NCBI RefSeq assembly: GCF_006345805.1 | Contig: NC_043000.1 | Location: 64,232,001 to 64,296,000 of the forward strand | DNA: 64,000 nucleotides | Reading direction: 5' to 3' | Origin: Octopus sinensis | Lineage: Eukaryota | Shown here: piece by piece, positions 14,601 through 25,614 of the stretch | Numbering within the stretch: the first letter of the stretch is position 1 | Layout: every line of letters starts with the position of its first letter | The notes under the pieces: generated by a model | Told to the model about the DNA's origin: nothing | The model's input: only the letters and a program-made list of their open reading frames with translations | The model's database searches: none | Translations under genes and position numbers: made by a program

Positions 14601-17600
14601 AATGTCAAGCACTCTACAGAGTGTACTGAATGCTTCTTAAGTGGCACCAGCACTTACATCATCAATGCTTTTTATGTGGTACCTTGGTTTTAGGATCTCA
14701 ATTCTGTTGCAGCAAGTCGGTCTTCTTGGGTATAGCAGTGTACCACATATCTTGGTGTTTTTAGTTATCAGAAAGTGAACAACTCCAATCTGAATCTGGA
14801 TTTAACAAATTATCAATGGAGGATACAAAGGAGTGAAGTTAGGATGGTTATGTTGTGAAATCCAAGCAATGTTGCAATGGTTTAATAACAAATACAAAAC
14901 ACATTTAAAGAAAAACCCAATTCCTTTGCTAAACAATCCCCTACACCAGATCTAGGCTTCAAGAAATCCTGAAACGAGGAACCTAGTATATGTTTTCAGC
15001 AAATTCAAAGATCTCACATTCACAAGTGTAAGATTGTGTGTGTGCACCTGTCTTATTCTTTTACTGGTTTGTAGATAAACACACACACTCACATGCGCAT
15101 GATGTGCTGCAGCAGTTTCTAGCAAATTCTCATTGAGGTATCTATCGACTCAAAAGCTATAGTAGAAGATACATGCCCATGATGTATGTAGCAGAACTGA
15201 ACCCAGTACTATGATTGTGAAGTGAACCACATAGCCATACATATGTCTGTGTGTGTATGTGCATGTCATTCACATATATATCGGATGTTCTGAGAATTCT
15301 TTCAAGCAACGTGTCTCCAACCACAGGCCTTCCTTCAGAGTTCCGCAACATCATTTGAATATTTGCTACTACCACATGCCTGGCAAGTAAGAGATGATCA
15401 TTCAAACCACGGAACATCCTCAACTACAGAAGGGAGATTTTTGGGCCCTGTTTACATTTTAGCTATTTGGGGCCCACAAGATGATGGCACAACCAGAAAT
15501 CAATAGCCAACAGCGAAGGGAGATAATTCCTAATTGTTTACCTTTGAGTAACGAGGCTTTCCCCGCTCTTTATCTTTTGAAGAGGTCATAGACCAACAGG
15601 TTTTGGAGTCTGATGATATGCCGGGAAACTTAAGGTAATCCTATAAACCAACCTTTCCCATTTTTAAAGGGATATATATTTATGTATTTCTATATCTATT
15701 TTGTATTTGTTTATATATAAAATCATTTTATGCTTACTTTCCATGCAGAAGTGATTTGAAATTTTCAACAAGATAATCTGAGCCAGAGGACTGCATTGGA
15801 TTTATTGTCTTAATTTTGGCATGGTTTCTAAAGCTGGATGTCTTTCCTAATGCTAAACACTTTAAAGAGAGTACTAAATACTTTTCTTCATAGGTTACCT
15901 TGCAACCTGCAAGAGCAAAAAACCTAAAGAGCCCCCATAACTGAAAAGAGAATAGGAGAGAGTGTGATGAGAGTAATGTAATGTAATGTAATGATGAGGA
16001 ACAGATTTATAGGGTGGTGGTGGAGAGGCACTGTTGGGGGAGGGAGTATGGAAGGGACAAGGAAAAGAGAAAGGGTTAATGTTAAGGTTTAATGAGACAG
16101 GGACAGAATAGTAAAGGTGAATGTGATGAATTGTGTGTGGGGGGGGAGTATCTAGTGCTATAAGGATGACTACAGGTGTGAGGAAAAGAGAACATGAAAG
16201 AAAGAGATGAGTGGTAAGGATTTGCAGGTCACTAAATGAAAGACAAGTGTAGGGGTCATGTATGTAGGTCAGAGAGGAAGTGATGAGGTATTAAAGTAGT
16301 AAAGAAACTGGGGGAAAGAAGGGCTAAATGGTACCATAGAAGAAGTGAAATGAATGTGAAGGAAGCATTCAAGATAGGTGAATGCTGCAAAGAGAAGTGA
16401 GACTGGCAAGTACCATAGAGTTAAGGGAGTAGAGAATATATGCAGCATGAACAGAGATGAAGGAAAGAAGAGGGGAAAGAGATGATGAATGTAGAGAAAG
16501 CATTCTAGGAAAGAAGCCTGCGGAAGAGAAACACAGTGAGAGAAGGAAGTAGAATAATATAACAGATAAGTGCAACAAAAATATCCCAGCCATCAACATT
16601 CTCCTTTACTTCTGCCATGCTTGCTTAAGCACTATTTGTTTCTTTCTATTCACATTTTAGTGAGATTCAGCATCTTGGGATCAGTTTTCTTTACCTCAAG
16701 CACCATCCACTTTGAGTACTCTGCATCTTTTTATGTAGCTGTTGCCATTCATACACATCAAGTGCTCATACTAACAGTGTTCTCTCTTGCAAACTACTTC
16801 TGATGTCTTTTATATACAGCTTTTCTCCCAAGTCTGCATTATTCACACATGTCAGTGTAAGCATACATTCAACGATGTATGCTTGCTTCATTTATTTGGA
16901 GTCTCCACAAAACCTCTGTATCCAGGGCCCAGGCCTCATTACCATGTAGCACTTCACTTTACACACAAGCATCTTACAATCTGCCCTTCACTTTGAAGGA
17001 GAAGCCCTTTATTGCTAGTAGCAATAGTAGCTCCCTGAATTTTTTCCACCTTATTCTTACTTGGGCCACTATGCTTTCACAGCACCCACCCACCAAATGC
17101 CAAAAAGGTTTTCTAGGTAACAAAAGCCATTGACTACTTCCAGAGAGCCTTAGGAGCAGCTACAAGAAACTGCTTCCAATGGTGCATTTGGTACATCTAG
17201 CATATACAAAAGTTATCTTTACTGTCAGCCTACCGGTGATCCCTCTTACACTTTTATATTGATTGTTTATACAAGGTAAGGAGTTTCTATCTATTCCTTT
17301 TCTGTATACTGAGCATAGCCATTCCCCTGACAGCATCAGAGTCCTGATTTCTTTTCTATTTAATACAATTTTAGACATGACCAAGCTTACTTTCATTTCC
17401 AAGTTTTTCTTTCATATCAAGAACTTTTCCAAATCTTCCACAAATTCTGCTATAAGAACTGGATTATCAGCATACTGTTCTCACAAATAATCATTGAGAC
17501 TTCACTATTATGGCTTGGTAGACTTTTTTGTATTATTTGATTCTCTGTCTGAAGAATTTTTAATCGATGTCTTACATGTTTCTCCTACATGTACAGTTTT

Positions 17601-17821
17601 GTAACTCCTATTAGCAAATGAAATACGTGCAATGATGACTAAATAATACCAATTTTTTCTAACATCCTATTTTGATATGCAATTACTCTACAAAAAATAT
17701 TTTCAAGTATTTTCTAACTTTTGTGCATACCTTACAGAAATATTAAATCTACATACGATTTATTGGAATAAGTAGATGTGCTTCAAGAGGACACAATTCG
17801 GATTATAACCCTATCTACATA

Positions 17822-17852
<31 letters not shown>

Positions 17853-19241
17853 CGTGTATAAAGTAGGATTGTTCACTCTAGAGAAAAGATAAGTGCACAT
17901 TATATGTTGTGATGACAATCCAATAAAGTCTACATGGATTCGATCAAAAGGTCAGTGATGAAAATGGTAGTATAGGTTCTTTTGGTCAGGGACGCAAGAA
18001 AAATAAAATGAAAGAATGCTAATCGTTCTTTGGTGGAACTAATGACTTCCTGTCGTAGAAAAGATTACAATAGAATCATCGTAGTTTGTGACGAAATCAA
18101 ATGCGATGAAACGCCGACCACGACACATTCGCATTACAATGAGATCATCGCTACAGCAATCATTACCGAAAACTGATTCAAGAAAATGAAAAATATTTTT
18201 TTACACAGGATACATAAACAACGAAGTGTATGAATCATTGAATGAGGAAGTGTCCACGCAGTCGTGGATGCTAAAAATAATAACCAATCTCGATCAAATC
18301 ATACACTAGTCGAAAAAGAAATGCAACCTTGTTCCCTGGTCACGGCTAGAATGGCTTTCATCTTTAGATTCGTTGTATATGAGCTAAAGTTAAACAACAA
18401 CGAACGTAAATTTATTAATGATCACAGTTTTAAAAGAAATAAGGCAAGGCTCGTTAATATTTTATACAACTATACTTCTGAATACACATATAAAATCTAT
18501 GAACCAATGATGGGACCTCTACTTAGCCATCTAAGCTGTAAGAAATAGCAACCAAATCTCACCCTACCATCTTAAATGAAGGCTATATTGGATAACGGTA
18601 CACAAAATACTAGATGATCATGGCTGAGTTTAACCTGGGCTGAACGTGTGTACAAGAGTTACATAAGTCAAAGTTAACCTAGAATTACTGAGATCTCAGT
18701 AGGGAATTATATGATAAAGTAAAACCTAAAGCTTTAAGCGATTTGTTTTAAAATACCACGTGGTTGAATCATTTGAAACAAAACGAAATTACACTCTCTT
18801 CTTTTCTTTTATTTCTTTTCAACAACTTTCAAGAGAATGCCAAATTTTTTCGCCGAGAACAAATCCGTCACAAGACAATTTTTAGTTTGTGGGGAAACGC
18901 GAAAAACAATGAGCTACTCCTTTTAATATACTCGTCTTTCATATGAAAACATGCTCAGATCCTAGCAATGATAATAGAAAAACAAACATTAACTTGAAAA
19001 GTTAGACTAGAGTTTACGTCGCTAAAATTTATTTTAATTGAATTATGTATAGAATCGATAAATGAAGTATATTTCGTGTCTAATTATTTGAACAAAAAAA
19101 TAAAATGAACGAAAGGACCGGAAGTAGAATATAAATACACCATAATTACCCGAAAGTCCCCTGTCCGATCTTAGCAAGTTTATCAAATTTGTTCACATCA
19201 TCACAGTATGGGTATTCCAAATCATCGTACTTGGTATTCAT
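4778..19241 (-). CDS. CDK9: Cyclin-dependent kinase 9 (P-TEFb kinase), complete spliced CDS join(19241-19150, 7167-7086, 5823-5733, 5613-4778), 1101 nt, 366 aa
   Basis: Joined translation [31 protein letters not shown]|[27 protein letters not shown]|[15 protein letters not shown]...RTK|[26 protein letters not shown]...HRDMKAAN...DFGLARAF...[14 protein letters not shown]...HYERVF*. The PITALRE helix and C-terminal ERVF are CDK9 signatures. All introns are GT-AG and phases are consistent (92+82+91+836=1101). Confidence 0.97.
5733..5823 (-). CDS. CDK9: CDK9 coding exon 3 (91 nt)
   Basis: TTCCAG|TTC CCC ATC ... ACT AAA G|GTAAGT; [30 protein letters not shown]. Confidence 0.97.
5845..6182 (+). 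mobile_element. RTE LINE 3' fragment in CDK9 intron 2
   Basis: [14 protein letters not shown]...[11 protein letters not shown] relic plus the same tail as 29167-29803. Confidence 0.75.
7086..7167 (-). CDS. CDK9: CDK9 coding exon 2 (82 nt)
   Basis: TTTTACAG|A GAA GTA TTT AAA ... GAA GGC|GTAAG; EVFKAR...[14 protein letters not shown]. Confidence 0.96.
7840..8708 (+). mobile_element. Internally deleted mariner (Tc1/mariner) DNA transposon
   Basis: TIRs TTAGATCATCCCATAAATAATGCAGTTTTTT / AAAAAACCGCATTATTTATGGGACGATCCAA with TA TSD. Transposase remnants include HQDNAWPH and [24 protein letters not shown]. Confidence 0.93.
9446..9838 (+). mobile_element. tRNA-derived SINE, same family
   Basis: Colinear match to 22733-23110. 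Confidence 0.8.
11556..11695. repeat. (CA)/(TA) microsatellite
   Basis: Directly visible. Confidence 0.9.
11810..12160 (+). mobile_element. RTE/BovB-like LINE 3' fragment
   Basis: [10 protein letters not shown]...NEEIRDIT.V...AGHVA...[14 protein letters not shown]. Confidence 0.7.
12215..13740 (-). mobile_element. Decayed RTE-clade LINE, RT 3' part with pyrimidine-rich 3' UTR
   Basis: GVHLGSVLS-like motif, [27 protein letters not shown]; homologous to 15945-17430. Confidence 0.7.
15290..15665 (+). mobile_element. 3' fragment of Naiad family A in CDK9 intron 1 (antisense to CDK9)
   Basis: ATCCTCAACTACAGAAGGGAGATTTTTGGGCCCTGTTTACATTTT ([15 protein letters not shown]) and the terminal GAAGAGGTC..AACAGGTTTTGG..TCTGA segment match 28620-29080. 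Confidence 0.8.
15599..15649 (+). ncRNA. Minimal type I hammerhead ribozyme, intact core
   Basis: GGTTTT-GGAGT-CTGATGA(15610-16)-TATGCCGG-GAAAC(15625-29)-TTAAG-GTA-ATCC-TAT-AAACC; CTTAAG palindrome in stem III. Confidence 0.7.
15945..17430 (-). mobile_element. Decayed RTE-clade LINE, second copy
   Basis: Same architecture and shared sequence as 12215-13740 (e.g. TATCCCAGCCATCA...AGTGAGAT.CA.CATCTTG.GATCAGT). Confidence 0.65.
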
Positions 19242-19470
19242 TGTGCTCGAGGAAGTAGTTGCTGCCGCCAGGATGAAATATTAGGAATATAAAGAAAACA
19301 ATTTATTTGTAAAATATTAGCGCTTTCGCGCCCAAACAATGTGGTACAATTGTAACACTAGACTAACGTCATATGATGTACTTCCGGGTTTCTAAAGGGG
19401 CAATAATCACTGTCAGTCTAGATGAGGGTCCCTGTAGTCTAACCTACTTGAATGCTAATGTTAGTTTTAG
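19100..19470. promoter_or_regulatory. CDK9 promoter / probable bidirectional promoter
   Basis: CpG-rich relative to the window. ETS/GABP-type CCGGAAGT at 19118-19125 (+) and 19380-19387 (-). E2F-type TTTCGCGC at 19324-19331. Lies around and just upstream of the CDK9 ATG. Confidence 0.65.
19150..19241 (-). CDS. CDK9: CDK9 coding exon 1 (92 nt)
   Basis: ATG at 19241; ends GGG ACT TTC GG|GTAATT; encodes the glycine-rich loop KIGQGTFG. Confidence 0.93.
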
Positions 19471-22400
19471 GTATGTGTTGTGCTGAAATAATTATTTGAT
19501 TAGTCACCTTTTTTTCTGAAGCTAGAACAAAAATCTTTATTATCTTTGTATTTCAAATGCAAAACACTCGTTGTAATTGAAACGAATAGGGCTTCATGGG
19601 GAAACAGTCAAAAACTTTTAAAAATAGAAATAGCAATTTCACACATTATAAAGAATCGTACACTAAAATAGGTTCATGTACAATTGTGGCAAGTGGATTT
19701 TGACGAACAAGGAACCTGCCCCGAACATCAAAATTCGCCTCGCCTCACCACATAGTAACTTTACGAATCTTTTTCGCTATATTTAATTTATAGACACTAG
19801 ATTCTTATATATATATATATATATATATATTTTACAGAAGTTACATTGTATTAACCAAATTCTAACTTCCTAATTAAAAAAATAAAGAAATCTTTATTTT
19901 TTTTACTGAAAAAATGAAATATGCAATAAATAGAGACTGTAAAAAAATAATCTGGCATTCTGAATTACCGAAACGAAGTGTTTGATCTTCGAAAATTTTT
20001 TCATACATAATCTTTTTTCAATTTATGTTTTACATTTTTTATAATAGGAAATGTCTTATTTTCAACAGTGTTAGGTTAACTAAATGCTATCATTATGGTT
20101 TTGAGAATGAAGATAGTGATTCTAATTATTTCAAAGCATCTACTTTTATCGTTTCGGCAATTTAAGTTGTTTTTTATTTTATTTTACTTTCCCCGTTATT
20201 AGTGAGCTTCTCTTGAGGTATTAATTTATTTATTTTACTTGCTGGGTTGGAAGGAAGGGACAGACAGCATCTTGGGAGAAAGATATAAGCTGGAAGGGAG
20301 TTCCTGTGGACCGACATTCTCCACACAAGAACTGGGTATGAAAGATTGAACATATCAGTAATGAGGGGAAGGAAAGCGTGTGGAATGGAAATAGCATGAG
20401 TCTAATCAGCTCCAGGGAATAGAAACCATTATAGTAGCGGTGGGCAAAAGTAAGAGATACAGTTCGCCTGTTAAACAGAGTGACTTTATACCCATCGATC
20501 GGGTGGTTCCTATCTAGAATGCCTGAGTTTGCAGCAACAGCACCGTCCCAAGTATGAGTGTAATACTGCATTGTGAGCTACACCTATCTTTTAGTTAAGT
20601 ATCAATAATTGCAGGGAGGGGGCGATGCATCTGGTGCGAGAAATATATGTGACGGATGTGCTTTCATCAGGAGATCCTGGGGATCTCTTCTGTTTGGTTG
20701 GTCCTCTTGAAATTTCGAAGTTTAGTGAAAATGTTAATATTTGGTGAACTGATGTAATTTTCCACGCTGAATCTCAGGAGATAATTCACCTCTTCCAGAA
20801 AAGTTTTTAAAAAAGTTCCAGAGGTTTAAAGTTTGATCCTTTTTACCCAGTCAGAAAACAGGATTTGGAAGCTGTGATTTTGTGCGTAACAGCACATGTT
20901 GTCAACTAAACATTAAATATTGGCGGAATTCTGTTTTACGCACGTCATATAACTCCTCATAACTTTTTTTGGAATTTTCAGAAAATTTTTCCGAATTTGT
21001 ATTCTACACACGGGAATTCATACAATTATGCAAAAACCAAAACAAACAAAATAAAATTGATGTCTGATTTAAGGCCTACTTAGCTATTATTTTTAGCACA
21101 TTTCACGACCAGCATCCAGTAAACCAAAAATGACCGCGTGAATAGCAGCTTGGCTTGTTACCATGGAAACCGACACCTATATGTCTGTAGCTTTCAGTTG
21201 GCTAAAATTACTCAAAATTTGCAAACTTTAAAAGCTATTAACTCTTTACTTATTGGTTTATGGCAAAAATGAATTTTATGTCAAAGATTAGCATACACGA
21301 AATATGAAATCAATTGGAACAGAAATTGAAAATTGGCAGCCAAACAAAAGATCCGATATTAAGAGCTCCAACATGCACTTTTAGTACACTCCAAACTGAT
21401 TGGTATTAGGAAGGGCATCCACCTGTAGAAACCATGTTAGGACAAATGCTGAAGCTCAATGTGGTCTGCCAACTCATCAGATCTTGTCAAACCCACACCA
21501 ACATGGAAGACAGGTGTTAAATGATGAGTATGGTTAAGATATTTGCTTCGCAACTCTGTGCTTCGACATTTGTCCTGCTGCATGGTATCTTCTACCAAAA
21601 GCCTCAGGTAGATCCAAACCTGGCTGCTTTTTTGTGTGCCTAAAGTAAAGCTCCTTCTGTTGCAAAAATTTGAATCAGGTCTCTAGTCAAGTAACCCAAC
21701 TGAATTTCTTGTAAGGGCAGCCCACAAAACTTTCTGAACGGCATGCCTAAGAAAGAATTACCTTGAAAATTTTTAAGTAGTGTAATCTACATGACAAGCC
21801 ATGTGTCATCAAAAAAGGTTGCCTATGCTGTTCTAAGAACAGCTAATGAGTCATGATTTCTTCCTTTCTTTTCCACCAATTTTAGAGGTTTTAAAAAAGC
21901 TTGTGGGTAAAATCCTTCCTCTTCTCTTAACTAAGCTGTAAAAAAATCCATTTATGTTTATTTGAATAATTCATGTTACACACTTAACCTAAAAGTGGCT
22001 CACTACTAAATATATTTTTAGTGCATTCCATGTCTCTCATTGGGATAGTAGTGTTATCTTGCCCCTAAATCAATATGAATGAAGTCACTGAATTATTTGA
22101 CTGAAAAGTTTTAAATGCTATTGTCTACTTGATCAGGGCTGGCTTTGGGCCAGCCCTGATCATGTAGACCAAGGATCAAAAACATTCTAGCTTTGACATT
22201 CTCATATTTACATACTTAGAATTACATTGTCCAAAGTATCCTTCCATTCTTTTTTAGACAGTGGAGTGTATTTTGAAGGTAAATTGACTGCTATTTCTTG
22301 TAAATCAACTGACAGCATAGTTGCTCCTTCTTAGCTGTTTAACAGATCTGCTTAATTTATATTAGAATGCAGTTGGTTTGTTGGGTTCCTTTTTCCCTCA

Positions 22401-23897
22401 TTTCTCAATCCAATCCTAATTTTTTTCTTTTTTATGTAAGCTACCTATCCAGCATACTCATCTTGCTCCTCAGCATGCACATAAGTAAACTACAATATGT
22501 AGAAGAATCTTGAAAGAAATGATATATTATTGTTTAGCACCACGGCAACTCTATCTTAGCAAACTTATGATCAGAAGCATTCCAGTCATCATCCTGTAGA
22601 CTGAAGCTACATGTGGATATGCACCAAGATTTCAGTGACAACAAACATGTAGCATTTTCTTGAAGAATTACTTGAAAACAAAGTATATATAATTACTGTT
22701 AGTAAGTATTCTTAGAATTTTTATGAGCTATAGGCATAGGAGTGGCTGTGTGGTAAGTAGCTTGCTTACGAACCACATGGTTCCGGGTTGAGCCCCACTG
22801 TGTGGCACCTTGGGCAAGTATCTTCTACTATAGCCTCGGGTCGACCAAAGCCTTGTGAGTGGATTTGGTAGACGGAAACTGGAGCCCGTCGTATATATGT
22901 ATGTATGTGTGTGTGTTTATCCCCCCAACATCACTTGACAACTGATGCTAGTGTGTTTATGTCCCTGTAACTTAGCGGTTCAGCAAAAGAGACCGATAGA
23001 ATAAGTACTAGGCTTACAAAGAATAAGTCCTGGGGTCGATTTGCTCGATTAAAAGGCAGTGCTCCAGCATGGCCACAGTCAAATGACTGAAACAAGAAAA
23101 AGAGTAAAGAGTATAGGATTTATATTTCCCTTTACTCAAATCTTTAGAAGGACCAAGATATCTGGCACACTGCTGTACTCAAAGCCCATCCATCATGTCA
23201 GAATTGATACCAGTGCTGGTACCACATAAAAAAGCACCCAGTACACTATGGAGTGGTTGGCATTAGGAAGGGCATCTAGCTGTAGAAACCATGCTAGAAC
23301 AGACAATGGAGCCTGGTGTGGTCCCTGGCCTTACCAGCTCCAGTCAAGCCCCCCCCCCCGTCCATACCAGCATGGAAAATGGATGTTAACTGATGATGAT
23401 GATCACTGGGATTTATCCTACTCATCAATTATACAATATCCACTTTTTACAGTAGTAGCAAGTTATGTTTACATTAGTAACTACCTATAGCTAAGTGGAC
23501 TGATCTCGTGAGTACTTAACATCTTGGTCATGGATAAAATGAAGTGCCAACAATAGGATTCAAACCATGAACCCTTCTCTCAGTTGCCTGACATGATATC
23601 ATTTTAGCAAGATGTAGCTTTCACACAATTTTCCATATTCATCCTTCATTTCTCATATGATTAAGTAAATTTTGGTCTTGTTCAACAATTGATACTGTTA
23701 ATTGCAGTTATTTTTCAAACAAAATAAATATTTTAAACATATATTCAATAATCACATTATGTGGTTAGAATAGTTAGTAGATATGTATAAAGTATTTAAT
23801 TTTCATTTCATTTTTCACGGGTTACTTTTTATTTTCTTAGAGGCACATATTCTAATTCATTGTCAGATAATTTAGAATATGAAGTTATGATGGCCAG
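19400..23897 (+). ncRNA. Candidate divergent spliced transcript (lncRNA or micropeptide gene); exons ~19400-19470, 20203-20217, 21886-21906, 22538-22701, 23841-23897
   Basis: Donor TTAG|GTATGT at 19470, followed by several pyrimidine-tract/AG acceptors paired with GT donors. No recognisable protein. Confidence 0.3.
22733..23110 (+). mobile_element. tRNA-derived SINE with internal TA/TG microsatellite, well-preserved copy
   Basis: A-box TGGCTGTGTGG, B-box-like GGTTGAGCCCC, GGCACCTTGGGCAAG body, GAATAAGTAC...ATGACTGAAACAAG tail. Confidence 0.85.
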
Positions 23898-24494
23898 GTA
23901 TATTTTAGGCATAGTCACCAGTAGTCAGAATCTGTTAGATCAAAGAACTAGAATATTGTATCTAAAGAAGTCTGAAATGGGAAACTTTGATTGCGTGCAG
24001 TTGGACATGGCTAATATTATGTATTGAATGAAAAAGTCCCCATTAGAAAAGTGGCTATTTTCTATGCAAGAAAAGGGTAGAAATGGCAAATATTTAACTA
24101 AGAGCAGCCATGCATTGAAAACTGGACTGTTCACATGGTTTTGTAACTTAGTTAATATTATCATCGACATTTGATATCTGTTTTCCATGCTGGCATGAGT
24201 TAGACGGCTTGACAAGAACTGGCAAGGTCAAGGGCTACACCAGGTTCCATAGTCCGTTTTGGCTTGGTTTCTACAGATGGATGCCCTTCCTAATGCCAAC
24301 TATTTTCCAGAGTTTACTGGGTGTTTTCACATGGCAGCATCAGCAGTAATTTTTATGTGACACTAGCACCCACATCAATACTTTTTATGTGGCAGATGTA
24401 GAAACCAAGCCATATCAGCCTGGAACCTAGTACAGCTCTCTGGCTTGCCAGCATGGAAAATGACGTTAAAGGATGATGATGATACACACACATA

Positions 24495-24502
24495 AGTGTG
24501 TA

Positions 24503-24561
<59 letters not shown>

Positions 24562-24592
24562 GTATATATATATGTGTATATATATATATAAT
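24495..24592. repeat. (TG)/(TA) microsatellite
   Basis: Directly visible. Confidence 0.9.
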
Positions 24593-24636
24593 CAAAACTA
24601 AGGCAGAACTAGTATCTCAAGTCATTTAGAATAAAT

Positions 24637-25010
24637 TAATTAGGGTAAGGTGAATTTCAAGTCTTACAGCTGTTTCTGGGATAACCCAAGTGGCTGGTTA
24701 GCATATCCATGCACTGGGTATTCAGTCATCAGAGACAAGGTATGGATATTTTAGATGTAGAAAATTTACAGTTTAGAAAGAATAAAATTCACAGTTTATA
24801 AAGGAATAAAATAGAAGAATAGAGTAAAAGTAGTTAGAAGAATATAGGCAGGAGAATAATTTTCACAACTCACCTTTTCCCAGAGGATTATTCTCCTGCC
24901 TATATTCTAACTATTTTTACTCTTTATTTTTCTATTGTATTTCTTATAAACTGTGAATTTTATCCCTTGTAAACTGTAAATTTTTCTCATATATATAAAT
25001 TAGAGAAAAA
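24637..25010. mobile_element. Palindromic (fold-back) MITE, truncated
   Basis: Begins TTAATTAGGGTAAGGTGAATTT; long self-complementary arms around a 26-nt spacer. Confidence 0.75.
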
Positions 25011-25159
25011 CCACTTTTCAAACAATGATAGACATAAACCAAATCATAAATAAAAAATAAAATATATTTTAAAACATATAACTAGATCACAAAAAGTACA
25101 AAAATGAATAAACAATATATAATAAGTATATAAACTTCCCTGTAAGTTTGGAGTTTTTC

Positions 25160-25523
25160 ACGTAACAAACACCATCCGATCGTGGCCGTTCGCCAGCCTC
25201 ATCTGGCACCTGTGTTGGTGGCACATAAAAACACCATCTGAGCGTAGCCGTCTGCCAGCCTCGTCTGGCACCTGTGTCGGTGGCACATAAAAAACACCAT
25301 CCGAGCATGGCCGTTCGCCAGCCTTGTTTGGCACCTGTGTCGGTGGCACATAAAATCACCCACTACACTCTCGGAGTGGTTGGCGTTAGGAAGGCATCCA
25401 GCTGTAGAAACACTGCCAGATCTGACTGGCCTGGTGCAGCCTTCGGGCTCCCCAGACCCCAGTTGAACCGTCCAACCCATGCTAGCATGGAAAGCGGACG
25501 TTAAATGATGATGATGATGATGA
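25160..25523 (+). mobile_element. RTE-tail element with an internal ~62-bp tandem repeat (about 3 units)
   Basis: Units of AACACCATCCGAGCGTGGCCGTTCGCCAGCCTCGTCTGGCACCTGTGTCGGTGGCACATAAA start at ~25168, ~25229 and ~25291, then the RTE tail and (GAT)n. Confidence 0.8.
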
Positions 25524-25540
25524 TATAAATGAGGAAGGCC

Positions 25541-25614
25541 AGTTTATGGGATTACCCTGGGTTTCCCATCCATAAAGGATTTAACTTTATGGCGTATCAT
25601 CAGACCCCAAAACC
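25541..25614 (-). ncRNA. Type I hammerhead ribozyme, intact core, extended stem II
   Basis: Minus strand GGTTTT-GGGGT-CTGATGA-TACG-CCATAAAG-TTAAATC-CTTTATGG-ATGG-GAAA-CCC-A-GGG-TA-ATCCC-ATAAACT; predicted GUA cleavage after 25553. Confidence 0.8.

Noticed and set aside
20620-20700. GAGGGGGCGATGCATCTGGTGCGAG resembles the 5' end of 7SK RNA, the CDK9 regulator
   Set aside because: There is no downstream GATCGCC partner to close the conserved 5' stem and no terminal U-tract hairpin; probably a chance match.
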